Shown: positions 36,113-46,359, numbered from the whole stretch's first letter. The stretch: DNA of 63,922 nucleotides, filler included, from Candidatus Woesearchaeota archaeon CG1_02_57_44 (GCA_001871415.1; 3 parts of 3 records of this genome joined end to end with filler, not necessarily neighbours in it); one strand, 5' to 3'. Numbers and translations are program-made. The notes: generated by a model not told the origin, from the letters alone.

Positions 36113-37294
36113 TTATCTGTCCTGAAGCGCTCCATCCAGCGCTCCATGCGATAGTGTCCTGCCAGACATCCCGTCGGAGAGGTTGCCAAACAGTGGGTCT
36201 TCCCGTCTGCGCTCGAGGAACCAGTCCACAAACAGACGCAAGCCTGTGCGCAGGTCTGTTCGCGGCTGCCAGTCCAGCAACCGCTTCGCCTTGCTGATAT
36301 CCGCCCAGGTCGTCTGCGCCTCGCCGGGCTGCATGGGCAGCATGCGAAGCCTGGCGGTCCTGCTCGCCGCGCCTTCAAGCATACGGATCATCTCACGAAG
36401 TCCTGCGGGCACCCCTGAACCCAAGTTGATGATCTCACCGGACACCGCTTCTCTTGAGCGCAGCGACGCCATGACGCCATCGACCACGTCATCGATATAG
36501 ATGCAGTCCCGCTTCAGGCCCCCTTGATTGTAGACATCCACCGGATGTCCATCCAGGATGGCGAGCAGGAAGTTCCATATCGCCGTGTCAGGCCTGCCCC
36601 AAGGCCCGTAGACATTGCACAAGCGAAGCCCGATGCAATCAAATCCATGCGAGCGACTATATACTCCGGCCAGCAGCTCGCCCGCCCGCTTGGTCGCCGC
36701 ATATAGGGACAGTGGATTGCCCGGCGCGTCCTTCTCTGAGAAGGGAAGCTGCTGTGTATCCCCATAGACGCTGACGCTTGATCCGAACACAATCTTTGGA
36801 CGATACTCGCGGGAGCTCTTGCCTGGACCGGCTTTGCGCTTCCTGACCGCCTCAAGCACCGCCAGTGTCGCGCGCACATTGCCCTGCTCGAATGCTCCTG
36901 GCTTGATGAGCGAATGACGCACCCCGGGCTGCTCAGCGAGGTGGACTATCGCATCAGGGACGTGCTGTGCGATCACCTCATCCATCACGTCAGGACCTGC
37001 CAGGTCTGCTTTTATCTCCTGGTACGCGGGATACATGCACAGCAACTTCGAGCGTGCCTGCTTGATGCGCAGGTCATAGTAGGGAACATAGGCATCTATC
37101 CCCACGACAGCATCGCCCTGCTCGAGCAGACGACGCGCGACATGAAAGCCGATAAATCCTGCGGAGCCGGTGACCAGAATAGTTAAGCCAGGTGCGCGTG
37201 AACCAGAAGCAGGAGGGGATAGCCTCCTTTTGCTGGCCGCGCCAAATGTTCCTTCAACCATTCCTTCAACCGCCCCTTTTTTCGCTGTCTTCAC
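36113..37294 (-). CDS. NAD-dependent epimerase (UDP-glucuronate 4-epimerase-like)
   Basis: Motifs VTGSAGFIG, PGVRHS, YAATK and VYGPWGRPD. Start approximate. Confidence 0.85.
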   Translation of the reverse strand: MKTAKKGAVEGMVEGTFGAASKRRLSPPASGSRAPGLTILVTGSAGFIGFHVARRLLEQGDAVVGIDAYVPYYDLRIKQARSKLLCMYPAYQEIKADLAGPDVMDEVIAQHVPDAIVHLAEQPGVRHSLIKPGAFEQGNVRATLAVLEAVRKRKAGPGKSSREYRPKIVFGSSVSVYGDTQQLPFSEKDAPGNPLSLYAATKRAGELLAGVYSRSHGFDCIGLRLCNVYGPWGRPDTAIWNFLLAILDGHPVDVYNQGGLKRDCIYIDDVVDGVMASLRSREAVSGEIINLGSGVPAGLREMIRMLEGAASRTARLRMLPMQPGEAQTTWADISKAKRLLDWQPRTDLRTGLRLFVDWFLERRREDPLFGNLSDGMSGRTLSHGALDGALQDR

Positions 37295-37430
37295 CCGTCG
37301 ATGGAAGCGAACAGGGGATATAAAACCTCCTATGCACGCCGCGTGCGCTATGCATGGGCGCACGCGATATGCGGCAGATGCGCGGCACCATCATCCCAAG
37401 AAGGACGACGCACAAGTCCCGCCTATGCGC

Positions 37431-38939
37431 TCACGCCTTGAAGATGTCACGGTTCAGCACCAGCGCGAGCTCCTCACGCGAAATCACACCGAAACGCACG
37501 ACACAATACCCATACACCGCCAGGGCAACAATCACACACAACACCAGCTCCAGCCACATGTTCATGACCAGCACAGACTTGAGCAGCGCGACCACGCCCA
37601 CGAACGGACCAGACAATACCAGCACCGATAGCATGAGCCGAAGTATCTTTCCCCAGGTCAACGCGACCCCGTGCAGCTCGCGATGGATAAGCGCAAACCC
37701 GACAAGGAACATCACCAGGAACGAGAGGGAAAACGCGACAGCCGCGCCCTCCATGCCAAACATCGGAATCAGCAGCACGCTCAACCCGATATTGACAAAG
37801 GCGGAAACAAGGGAAAGCCACATCATGACCTGCGGCTTGCCAAGGCCTATGAAGGTCGTCGCGACCATCAGGGCCAGCGAGTAGATAAGCACACCGATGG
37901 CCAGGATGCGCAGGGTCAGCACCGCGGGCAGATAGTTTGCCCCATAGAGAAGATAGATGGCCTGCGGCGCGAACAGGGCAAGACTCAAGGACATGGGCAG
38001 GAGTATCAGGAGCGTATACTTGAGCACCAGCAGGATGCCCTTGCCGAGCTTCGCGCGCTCACCCTTGTGCATGAGCTCTGATGACAGCGGGAGCATGACC
38101 AGAGCGACGGCATTACCGAATCCCCACAGGATCATGGCCGTTGGCATGGCCGCGTTGTACCAACCCACTTCCTGCAGCGTGCGATAGTAGGACAGAAATA
38201 AAGAGCCCAGATTGCCCAGCGTATAGCCGCCGAGCATCGCGCCGAAGATGTACGCGCCATACTTCATGAACCTGCGACGCATGGGTACATCAAGGACCGC
38301 GCGCACGCGAAAGAACTGCGGAAATACCGACCTGAAGAAGACCACCACGAGAATCACTGCCAGGAGCGCATAGGACAGCACGGTCGCATAGATAGGGACG
38401 CGCACGCCCGCGATACCTGCCTTGAGCACCAGCAGCGCGAAGACGACCGAGCCGCCCATCTTGAGCACATCAACCATGGCAAACAATCCCATGCGCTGGA
38501 ATCCCGCGAACGCATCATTGATGACATGGAACGCGAGCAGGATGAGCATGAGCGCGAGATACTGCACGACACTGGCCGCCTGGACTTGATGAAACAGCTT
38601 CTCGGCTATAGACCCTGCGAATACAACCAGCATCAGCGCGATGAACGCTGTGATGACCAGACGAACGCCCAAGGTCAGGAGAAATGCCCCCTTGGCTCTG
38701 CCGTAATCCTTGTCGTGCAGATACTCTGGCAGGAATTTGATGAGCGCTTGGCCCAGGCGCAGGTCAGCGATGAAGTAGAGCGTCATCATCAGCGAGAACG
38801 CCGCGTAGTAGAGTCCATAGTCCTCTACGCTGACATGACGCGCGATGATGATGCGGAAGAGATAACCAGCCAGGGCTGCCAGGATAGACAAGGAGAACAT
38901 GATGATGGTCGAGCGCACAACACGCCTGGCGTAGGACAT
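37431..38939 (-). CDS. Wzx-type oligosaccharide flippase
   Basis: About 14 hydrophobic segments; motifs 'YGLY', 'EVGWYNAA' and 'LIPMFGMEGAA'; within the glycan cluster. Confidence 0.85.
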   Translation of the reverse strand: MSYARRVVRSTIIMFSLSILAALAGYLFRIIIARHVSVEDYGLYYAAFSLMMTLYFIADLRLGQALIKFLPEYLHDKDYGRAKGAFLLTLGVRLVITAFIALMLVVFAGSIAEKLFHQVQAASVVQYLALMLILLAFHVINDAFAGFQRMGLFAMVDVLKMGGSVVFALLVLKAGIAGVRVPIYATVLSYALLAVILVVVFFRSVFPQFFRVRAVLDVPMRRRFMKYGAYIFGAMLGGYTLGNLGSLFLSYYRTLQEVGWYNAAMPTAMILWGFGNAVALVMLPLSSELMHKGERAKLGKGILLVLKYTLLILLPMSLSLALFAPQAIYLLYGANYLPAVLTLRILAIGVLIYSLALMVATTFIGLGKPQVMMWLSLVSAFVNIGLSVLLIPMFGMEGAAVAFSLSFLVMFLVGFALIHRELHGVALTWGKILRLMLSVLVLSGPFVGVVALLKSVLVMNMWLELVLCVIVALAVYGYCVVRFGVISREELALVLNRDIFKA

Positions 38940-39054
38940 GGCGTGCAGGGAGGAGAATGGCTATTTAAGGATTGGCATCAGGTCGTCCTGCCTTGTTACG
39001 CTGTCCGCAAGCCCATCGCCTGCACAGACCTTGCCTTCGCCCTGTCGCGCTCAC

Positions 39055-39915
39055 TCACCTGAATCCGCGCTGTTCAGAATCCCGCTGGTTTCTCACAAAC
39101 GCGCTCGCGCGGTGCAGGCTCTCAAACGTGCCAGCGTCAGACCAGAAACCGTCGAGGATGTGGTATGACAACTGGCCTTTCTGCAGGTAGGCGTTATTGA
39201 CATCAGTGATCTCAAGCTCGCCGCGGCCTGATGGCTTGAGGTTCTTGATGATGGAGAAGACTCGCGCGTCATAGAAGTACAATCCGGTCACCGCGAGGTC
39301 CGACGTGGGATGAGTTGGTTTCTCTACTATCTTGGTGATATGGCCAGCATCCACGCTCGCCACGCCGAAACGCTGCGCGTCAGGCACCTGCTTGAGGAAG
39401 AGCATCGCACCGAGAGCGTCCTTTATTCCTGCTCCTGCCCGCTTTGTCGACGCCTCGCCTGACAGCGCGCTCATGCGAAGGAACGCCTTGACCTGATCAG
39501 GGTACGTCTGCTCAAAGATATTATCCCCGAGGATGACCGCGAGCGGAGCGCCATCAGCAAAATCCTCGGCCAGCGCGAGCGCCTGCGCGATACCGCCCGC
39601 CTCTTCCTGCACCTCATAGCTCAGGCGCAACCCGAACTCAGAGCCAGAGCCCAAAAGATCAAGAAAATGACCCGCGTGGCCACGGCCAGAGACTATCAGG
39701 ATATCCTGGATGCCGGAGCTCGCCAGCGTCTGCAAAGGATAGTAGATCATCGGCTTGTCGTAGACAGGCAGCAGGTGCTTGTTGGTCACCTTGGTGAGCG
39801 GTGCCAGCCGGGACCCTGTGCCTCCCGCGAGGATGACCCCTTTCATGGTGCGCTTCTTCACATCTCCTGCGACGCCTTTCACGCTCTTCTGGCTTGATTC
39901 TGTCACTTGTGCCAT
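39055..39915 (-). CDS. rfbA: Glucose-1-phosphate thymidylyltransferase (RmlA/SpsI type)
   Basis: Motifs GVILAGGTGSRLAPLT..NKHLLPVYDKPMIYYPL, LGDNIF, EKP, RGELEITD and WSDAGT. Confidence 0.9.
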   Translation of the reverse strand: MAQVTESSQKSVKGVAGDVKKRTMKGVILAGGTGSRLAPLTKVTNKHLLPVYDKPMIYYPLQTLASSGIQDILIVSGRGHAGHFLDLLGSGSEFGLRLSYEVQEEAGGIAQALALAEDFADGAPLAVILGDNIFEQTYPDQVKAFLRMSALSGEASTKRAGAGIKDALGAMLFLKQVPDAQRFGVASVDAGHITKIVEKPTHPTSDLAVTGLYFYDARVFSIIKNLKPSGRGELEITDVNNAYLQKGQLSYHILDGFWSDAGTFESLHRASAFVRNQRDSEQRGFR

Positions 39916-39940
39916 TGCTGTCTCACCTGCCACCGCAACC

Positions 39941-40861
39941 TCACCTGCCCTGCACCCTTGCCGTGTAATCGGCGAGCACCTCGTCAGTTGAACGGATAAT
40001 GAGCCCCTGCTTTAATGCTTTTGTGGTATCAAGGCTGCTGTTCTTCGGACGCTGCGCTTTTCCGGCCCAGAAGATTTCGCCGCTCACTTCACTGATACTG
40101 TTGGTCGGGTAGTTGAACGCCGCTGCCAGCTTCCTGGCTAACGCGTAGCGCGTCAGGGAGGATGAAGTGGCCAGATGATACGTGCCGGACAATTGGTTCT
40201 GCAGGGCGATGCGGATGGATTCTGCAGCATCTGGCGCGTAGGTCGGTGTGACTATCTCGTCTGTCGCCTGTATCGGCTTGCCTTCCCGCAGCGCTTCCAG
40301 CATCCAATCACGCCCATACGGGCTGATGGTCGCGCTCACGCGGAAGATAAGGTACTGAGATTCTGGGAGGAGAGCTCGGACCGACGCTTCGGCCTCGACC
40401 TTGGTCTTGGCGTACACGCTGAGCGGGCGCACATCGTCGGTCTCTTTGTAAGCTCCTTGCTCACCATCAAAGACATAATCGGTGCTGATAAAGACCAGGC
40501 GCGCGTGATGCTTCACCGCCCATCTGCAGAGCCATGCGGTCGCTTCCACATTCGCTCTTCGAGCCTCGTCCTGACGCTGTTCACACGCGTCAACGTTTGT
40601 CATGGCCGCGGTGTGGATGATGACCTCTGGTCGAAGCTCGCCAAGCAGCGCGCTCATCGCAGCAGGGTCTGTCATGTCCACGTTGCGATGGTTGCGGGTT
40701 TTGCTGGAACGATCCACGCTTATCGCGCCAGGAAACACTTCCTTGACACACGCGCCGAGAATGCCACAACCGGTGATGATTATTCGCTCGTACTCCTGCG
40801 CGCTGCCCGGCTGCCTATCCTGCGGGTCTTCCCGCTGGCCGTCTCCACTACGGTCTCGCAT
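39941..40861 (-). CDS. rfbD: dTDP-4-dehydrorhamnose reductase-like SDR
   Basis: Motifs ITGCGILG, AAMTNVDACE, ISTDYVFDG, YAKTK and RPKNSSLD. Confidence 0.85.
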   Translation of the reverse strand: MRDRSGDGQREDPQDRQPGSAQEYERIIITGCGILGACVKEVFPGAISVDRSSKTRNHRNVDMTDPAAMSALLGELRPEVIIHTAAMTNVDACEQRQDEARRANVEATAWLCRWAVKHHARLVFISTDYVFDGEQGAYKETDDVRPLSVYAKTKVEAEASVRALLPESQYLIFRVSATISPYGRDWMLEALREGKPIQATDEIVTPTYAPDAAESIRIALQNQLSGTYHLATSSSLTRYALARKLAAAFNYPTNSISEVSGEIFWAGKAQRPKNSSLDTTKALKQGLIIRSTDEVLADYTARVQGR

Positions 40862-41008
40862 ACGCCCAGGAAAGGCTTTTAACCATATAAGGTTACCGAC
40901 GCTCACTGGCAGGGCGGCGTCACGGGGAACCTTTGCTGCTCTCGCAGCAACATCTATAAACCCCCTGCTGACTCCCGCAGCACCATAGACCGACTCCTGG
41001 ATGGATCC

Positions 41009-42025
41009 ATGATGGACACGAACAAGACAACCATATCAGCCCAGAACACCCATCAAGGCATATTCCTCTATTCAGGCCCGCACCCCCTGCATCGCGAATG
41101 GGGCGATTCGCTGGGCCTTCGCCCGCTGCGCTTCTCGCCCGCGCCAGGGCCCATGCCCATCGAACAGGCATTCTCGCTCCTGCGCGTGCCCGCGGTTCGC
41201 AAGGCGCGCGTCATCGTCCTGGAGGGCGCTGACTGCCTCGCGCCAGCGGCCATGGGCAAGCGGCCCGGATGCATGCTCGTCATGATCAACAGCGACACGT
41301 TCTTCTACCGCTTTCCATCGCTCGGCAAGAAGCGCCAGCAGCTATTGCTGCGCATGCTATCCAAGGTGGACCTCATCGTCTCCACATCACCGTACATGAA
41401 ACAACTCGCAGAGCGCGTCATCGGAACGCCCAATATCGTCGCGACGCCCTATGTGAATCATGAGAAGTTCTCGAGCGTTGAACCGCACGGCAAAGACATC
41501 GGCTACATCGGCCGGCTGGACAGGCACAAGGGCATCGACGTGCTCATCGCGGCGACAGCACTGCTGGGGGAACGCAAACTGCGCCTCATCGGCTGGGCAG
41601 ACAATGACGTGCGCGAAAGCATCCACACCGCGGGCAAGCAGGTGCTGGTCACGGGCATCACCCCTCATCCAGAAAAATACCTTGGCCTGTGCGGACATTA
41701 CGTGAATTGCGCGCGACACGAGCCCTTTGGCATCAATATCCTGGAAGCCATGGCCGCGGGGTTCGCCCCTATCGTATCATCGCGCTGTGGCGCGTCGTGG
41801 ATCGTCAAACAAGTCTCACCTAAACTAGTGCTCGGCGAAGGCGAACCGAACGCGAAGACGGTCGCAGCCGCCGTGCGCTGGCTGGATGAGCATCCCATCG
41901 AGCATCAGGACTGGAAAGCGGCGTGCAAGAAGCTGTCCGCCACCTTCACGAAGGAGCGCAGCATGAAGGAATTCGCGGACGCTGCACGCACGGTGGTCGG
42001 GGAAACATTGAAAAAGCAGGGATGA
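41009..42025 (+). CDS. GT4-family glycosyltransferase
   Basis: Motifs YIGRLDRHKG and EPFGINILEAMAAG. Confidence 0.88.
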   Translation: MMDTNKTTISAQNTHQGIFLYSGPHPLHREWGDSLGLRPLRFSPAPGPMPIEQAFSLLRVPAVRKARVIVLEGADCLAPAAMGKRPGCMLVMINSDTFFYRFPSLGKKRQQLLLRMLSKVDLIVSTSPYMKQLAERVIGTPNIVATPYVNHEKFSSVEPHGKDIGYIGRLDRHKGIDVLIAATALLGERKLRLIGWADNDVRESIHTAGKQVLVTGITPHPEKYLGLCGHYVNCARHEPFGINILEAMAAGFAPIVSSRCGASWIVKQVSPKLVLGEGEPNAKTVAAAVRWLDEHPIEHQDWKAACKKLSATFTKERSMKEFADAARTVVGETLKKQG

Positions 42026-42116
42026 ACCCGACAGGGCAGCATAGGGAGACGCTGCCCAGCATCCTGAAACGCAGCGTAGACAGGCATCATAGACATAGAG
42101 ACAAGGGGGAATCACC

Positions 42117-43229
42117 ATGGTACGGATATTAGTCACGGGCGGCGCCGGATTCATCGGCTCGCATCTCACCGACACGCTGGTCAAGAAGGGACATGAGGTC
42201 ACGGTCTTTGACAACCTGGAGCCGCAAGTGCACCAGGGCAAGAAGCCCACGTACCTGAACCCTGACGCCGCGTTCATCGAGGGAGATGTTCTCGATAAGG
42301 AGAAGCTTAAAGCGGCTGTTCTCGACGCTGACGTGGTCTACCATGAGGCCGCCATGGTCGGTGTCGGCCAGAGCATGTATGAGATAGCACGCTACATGGA
42401 CGCGAACGCCATCGGCACTTCTCACCTGCTGGACATCCTGGTCAATGAGGAGCACGATGTGAAGAAATTGGTCGTCGCGGCCAGCATGAGCAGCTATGGC
42501 GAGGGCGCCTACGTCGACGCCGACGGCAACCCTTATGCGTTCCACATGCGCCCGGAAGCGCAGCTATCGGCAAAGCAGTTTGAGCCCGTGGATGCCAAGG
42601 GCGGAAAGCTTACGGCCGTGCCGACCTCGGAAGAGAAGCTGCAGGACTGCAACAGCATCTACGCCATCAGCAAGAAAGTGCAGGAGGACATGGTGCTCAA
42701 CATCGGCAGAAGCTACGGCATCCCATCTGTCGCGCTACGCTACTTCAACGCCATCGGCCCAAGGCAATCGTTGTCAAATCCCTACACAGGCGTCGCCGCC
42801 ATCTTCATGAGCCGCATCAAGAACGGCAATAGACCCACCATCTTCGAGGACGGCCTGCAGACGCGCGACTTCGTCAGCGTGCACGACATCGTACAGGCAA
42901 ATGTGCTGGCCATGGAGGGCCACGGCGCGGACTACGAGAGCGTCAATGTCGGAACAGGCAAGCCCACGAGCATCCTGAAGGTCGCGCAGGTCATCGCGCA
43001 GCTGTACGGCAGCGACGTCATCCCCGAAGTGACCTCGCGCTTTCGCAAGGGCGATATCCGCCACTGCTACGCGGACATCAGCAAGATACAGAGACTGCTG
43101 GGCTTTGAGCCCAAGGTGAGCTTCACTGACGCGATGAAGGAGATCATCGCCTGGTCGGACACGGTCGAGGCGAACGACACGGTGGATGAAGCCACTGCAG
43201 AGCTCGAGAAGAAAGGGCTCATCGTCTGA
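42117..43229 (+). CDS. NAD-dependent nucleotide-sugar epimerase/dehydratase
   Basis: Motifs VTGGAGFIGSH, AAMVGVGQS, YAISK, LRYFN and GDIRHC. Confidence 0.92.
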   Translation: MVRILVTGGAGFIGSHLTDTLVKKGHEVTVFDNLEPQVHQGKKPTYLNPDAAFIEGDVLDKEKLKAAVLDADVVYHEAAMVGVGQSMYEIARYMDANAIGTSHLLDILVNEEHDVKKLVVAASMSSYGEGAYVDADGNPYAFHMRPEAQLSAKQFEPVDAKGGKLTAVPTSEEKLQDCNSIYAISKKVQEDMVLNIGRSYGIPSVALRYFNAIGPRQSLSNPYTGVAAIFMSRIKNGNRPTIFEDGLQTRDFVSVHDIVQANVLAMEGHGADYESVNVGTGKPTSILKVAQVIAQLYGSDVIPEVTSRFRKGDIRHCYADISKIQRLLGFEPKVSFTDAMKEIIAWSDTVEANDTVDEATAELEKKGLIV

Positions 43230-43298
43230 GCAGGCGCCTCAACCCGCATCATCCCCTTCGCAAGCAATCGCGAACGCACCACCCACGAAAACCGCACC

Positions 43299-44003
43299 AT
43301 GCCACGCACCGCATCCCTGAGCATCGTCATACCCGCCTATAACGAAGAGGCGCGCATCGGCAAGACGCTCGCGCAGATACGAAAACATGTCCCTCATGCA
43401 GAGCTTATCGTCGTCGACGATGGCAGCAGCGACGGCACGGTGGCGCTCGCCCGCCGGGCGGGCGCCAAGGTGCTGGTCAATGAGCGCAACCGCGGCAAGG
43501 GATACTCTGTCCGCAGGGGGATGCTCGCCGCGCAAGGGGGACTGATACTGTTCTCTGACGCTGATCTTTCCACGCCCATCACGGAGCTACCCCGTTTTCT
43601 CTCGCTGGCGCGTGATCACGATGTCGTCATCGGGAGCAGGTCTGTCACCGGATCGAGAGTGGTGGTGCACCAGCCGCTGTATCGTGAGCTCATCGGTAAG
43701 ACATTCAACCTGCTCGTACAGGTCATGGCCGTCCCCGGCATCAAAGACACGCAATGCGGCTTCAAGCTGTTCTCGCGTGACGCGGCGCGCGTGTTCTCGG
43801 TGTGCCGCCTGGACGGGTTCTCCTTCGACGTGGAGGCGCTGTTCGTCGCGCGAAAACTTGGGTTCTCCATCAAGGAGGAGCCGGTCGAATGGCGCAACGC
43901 CGCGGGCAGCAAGGTGCATCCGGTGCGCGACGCGCTGCGCATGCTCCGTGACCTGTTCGTCATCCGATGGAATTGGATGAGAGGGATGTATAGAAAACCA
44001 TAG
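43299..44003 (+). CDS. Dolichyl-phosphate beta-glucosyltransferase-like GT2
   Basis: Motifs VIPAYNE, VDDGSSDGT, NRGKG, FSDADLS, DTQCGFKLF and FDVE. Confidence 0.9.
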   Translation: MPRTASLSIVIPAYNEEARIGKTLAQIRKHVPHAELIVVDDGSSDGTVALARRAGAKVLVNERNRGKGYSVRRGMLAAQGGLILFSDADLSTPITELPRFLSLARDHDVVIGSRSVTGSRVVVHQPLYRELIGKTFNLLVQVMAVPGIKDTQCGFKLFSRDAARVFSVCRLDGFSFDVEALFVARKLGFSIKEEPVEWRNAAGSKVHPVRDALRMLRDLFVIRWNWMRGMYRKP

Positions 44004-44039
44004 CGAGCGTCATCCCCCTTGTGGTACGACACGTCACGT

Positions 44040-44139
44040 NNNNNNNNNNNNNNNNNNNNNNNNNNNNNNNNNNNNNNNNNNNNTTAATTAATTAANNNNN
44101 NNNNNNNNNNNNNNNNNNNNNNNNNNNNNNNNNNNNNNN
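44040..44139. other. Artificial contig linker (N44-TTAATTAATTAA-N44)
   Basis: Same structure as 23062-23161. Confidence 0.97.
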
Positions 44140-44156
44140 CGAGAGGTAAGGGCGCG

Positions 44157-44243
44157 ATGGTCCTGTCACCAGAGACGCAAGCGGAATTTCAGCGCCTTGT
44201 CGAAGGACACCGTCGTCTGCTTGAGGCGATAGGGAAGCTGTAG
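44157..44243 (+). CDS. Possible 28-aa small protein
   Basis: MVLSPETQAEFQRLVEGHRRLLEAIGKL*, preceded by GAGGT; amphipathic helix pattern. Confidence 0.35.
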   Translation: MVLSPETQAEFQRLVEGHRRLLEAIGKL

Positions 44244-44247
44244 TGTT

Positions 44248-44378
44248 ATTGCAAAGCACGGGGTTGAATACCCCGTCCTTCAGGACGTGCTTTGCAATTC
44301 AAAAATCCGCCTGCAATGACGAGGCGCGGTAATACCGCGGCCTTCAGGCCGCGGTTAGCGCCGAGTGGCGGATTTTTG
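44248..44378. mobile_element. Paired nested hairpins, possible IS200/IS605-type end remnant or REP-like element
   Basis: ATTGCAAAGCACG...CGTGCTTTGCAAT (44248-44298) and CAAAAATCCGCC...GGCGGATTTTTG (44300-44378), each enclosing a CC-TTCA-GG hairpin; no transposase seen. Confidence 0.4.
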
Positions 44379-44462
44379 TTATTCATTCCTCGTCCTTGCA
44401 TTGCCTCCTTTCTTCCTCCTGCTCCGAAAAGCTCATAAAGAGGCGCGTCATCAGCATGGTCC

Positions 44463-45275
44463 ATGATCTCCACCCTCATCCCCTTGTTCCGCACGGTCAT
44501 CGCGGTCATGGTGCTGTATGCCATCTTCCAGACATTGCTTGGCATATTCACCCGCCGCATGCTCGCGCGCGCCAAGACCAAGCACCATGTCACCAATGTG
44601 CAACTCTTCGCGAGGGTTGCTCGATACGGATTCTTCCTCATCCTGCTGCTGGTCGCGACCTTCACCTACTCGGGCAGCTGGTTAGGCTTCGGTCTTACTG
44701 CAGGGCTTGTGTCCGCGGCGCTCGGATGGGCGTTGCAAAAGCCCATCACCGGTATCGCGGCCTGGGCCATGGTCGTCACCAAAAGGCCCTTTGAGATAGG
44801 CGACCGGGTCATCATCGGCACGGTGCAAGGCGATGTGGAGGATATCACGCTCTCGCATATCCAGGTCGCGGAGTTCGGCGGCACCATACAGGGCGAGGAG
44901 AAGAGCGGCAGGACCATCCTTATCCCCACGAGCACGCTCTTTGACCAGAATATCATCAACTACACGAGCAAGGATGACTATGTCAAGGATGAGGTCGTGG
45001 TATCGGTCACGTATGAGAGCAACCTGGACAAGGCGCTTGCGTTATGTGTGGGCGCAGCGAAAAAACATTGTCATGGCGAGCAAAAACCATACACGCGCTG
45101 CAAGTTCGCTGGCAGCAGTGTGGATGTGTACATACGCTACAATGTGCTCGCTAAAAAGCGCCAGGAAGTCTCCAGCGCCATCACCAAGGAAGTGTTCGAC
45201 GCGTTCCACAGGAACAGGAAGACGGTCGAGATAGCCTATCCGCACACGGAAGTCGTGTTCAGGAAGAAACGCTGA
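44463..45275 (+). CDS. Small-conductance mechanosensitive channel (MscS family)
   Basis: Three TM segments; motifs LGWALQ, RPFEIGDRV...GDVEDI, IINYT and IAYPH. Confidence 0.9.
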   Translation: MISTLIPLFRTVIAVMVLYAIFQTLLGIFTRRMLARAKTKHHVTNVQLFARVARYGFFLILLLVATFTYSGSWLGFGLTAGLVSAALGWALQKPITGIAAWAMVVTKRPFEIGDRVIIGTVQGDVEDITLSHIQVAEFGGTIQGEEKSGRTILIPTSTLFDQNIINYTSKDDYVKDEVVVSVTYESNLDKALALCVGAAKKHCHGEQKPYTRCKFAGSSVDVYIRYNVLAKKRQEVSSAITKEVFDAFHRNRKTVEIAYPHTEVVFRKKR

Positions 45276-45368
45276 ATCCGCTCAAGAGCCACTCTGCGCA
45301 ATTCTGTGCTTGGTTGTTTCTTCTGCTGACCTGCTCTGCTTTGCTTTCCTGCACGGTCTTGTCAGGTA

Positions 45369-45866
45369 TCATCTTCTGACACCTAATACTCCCATGGCGA
45401 GATGACTGCGTAATGGTTCCCAGGCCAACGCGAGCAGACCTTGTGGGATGCATGCATATGTTCCTTTAGCTGTGTCCGAAAGCAATCTGAGCTGCTCCTC
45501 GGTAGGCCTAAACTCGAATTGAGCGTCCCTTGGTATGTTCGAAGGGCCACGCTCGGCATCCGATGGCCATAAGGAAGGGTCAAGCACGAATTGTGAGACG
45601 TAGTCTATCTTTGAGAATCCTACTCCCTCCAGATTTCTGGAAATGACCTCTGGCAGAGAATTCAGAGAAACGTCTTTTGTCCACCAGATGCGATATTGCA
45701 GCCCGTGAAACAGGAATCTACCACTCTCTATGACAGAATCGTCCGCACATATCGACTGGAGCCCGTTCTCCACCTGCCTGCCTCCAGCGTAATCCAATGC
45801 GGTCAACTGAGCACCCATGACCATTTCAGGGGCGACCTGCTGCTGTCGGTAGTCAAAAAAGTACAT
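45369..45866 (-). CDS. Hypothetical protein
   Basis: 165-aa ORF filling the intergenic space; no motif recognised. Confidence 0.45.
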   Translation of the reverse strand: MYFFDYRQQQVAPEMVMGAQLTALDYAGGRQVENGLQSICADDSVIESGRFLFHGLQYRIWWTKDVSLNSLPEVISRNLEGVGFSKIDYVSQFVLDPSLWPSDAERGPSNIPRDAQFEFRPTEEQLRLLSDTAKGTYACIPQGLLALAWEPLRSHLAMGVLGVRR

Positions 45867-45915
45867 AGCAAAGGCAAATATCGTGGATTTCTTATGCTTA
45901 TTGTTGCTCAGGCCG

Positions 45916-46359
45916 TCAAGTCGGGGTCCTGGACTGCAGGTATGACGCTATGATGCGCATATTCGCCTCAGAGGTATCAATTTTCGCGAGTTGCTCTACA
46001 GGCACCCAGGCGAATTCCGTATGCTCATGGGACAAGGTGATATCCTTGTTGCTGCCATTGACCTGCACCGCGTATCCCAGGCGGATGCCATATCGGCTGG
46101 GTTCGTCTTGCGAGAACGCGCAGAGCAATCGGATATCAGTCGCCTTCAGGCCTGTCTCCTCCTCTATCTCACGGATGAGCGCCTCCTGCATATCCTCGCC
46201 CGTCTCCAGCTTGCCGCCGGGAAGGTCCCACTGGCCAGGATGCCGTTTGGAATCCATGCTCCGGCGGATGATAAGCGCCTTATCGCCATCAAGCGTCACT
46301 GCTTTCTGGACAATGACTATCGTCTTTCGTGAGGTGTGTTCCATGATGATGCGTTGCAT
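45916..46359 (-). CDS. NUDIX hydrolase
   Basis: Nudix box GGKLETGEDMQEALIREIEEETG; LSHEH..FAW. Confidence 0.92.
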   Translation of the reverse strand: MQRIIMEHTSRKTIVIVQKAVTLDGDKALIIRRSMDSKRHPGQWDLPGGKLETGEDMQEALIREIEEETGLKATDIRLLCAFSQDEPSRYGIRLGYAVQVNGSNKDITLSHEHTEFAWVPVEQLAKIDTSEANMRIIASYLQSRTPT

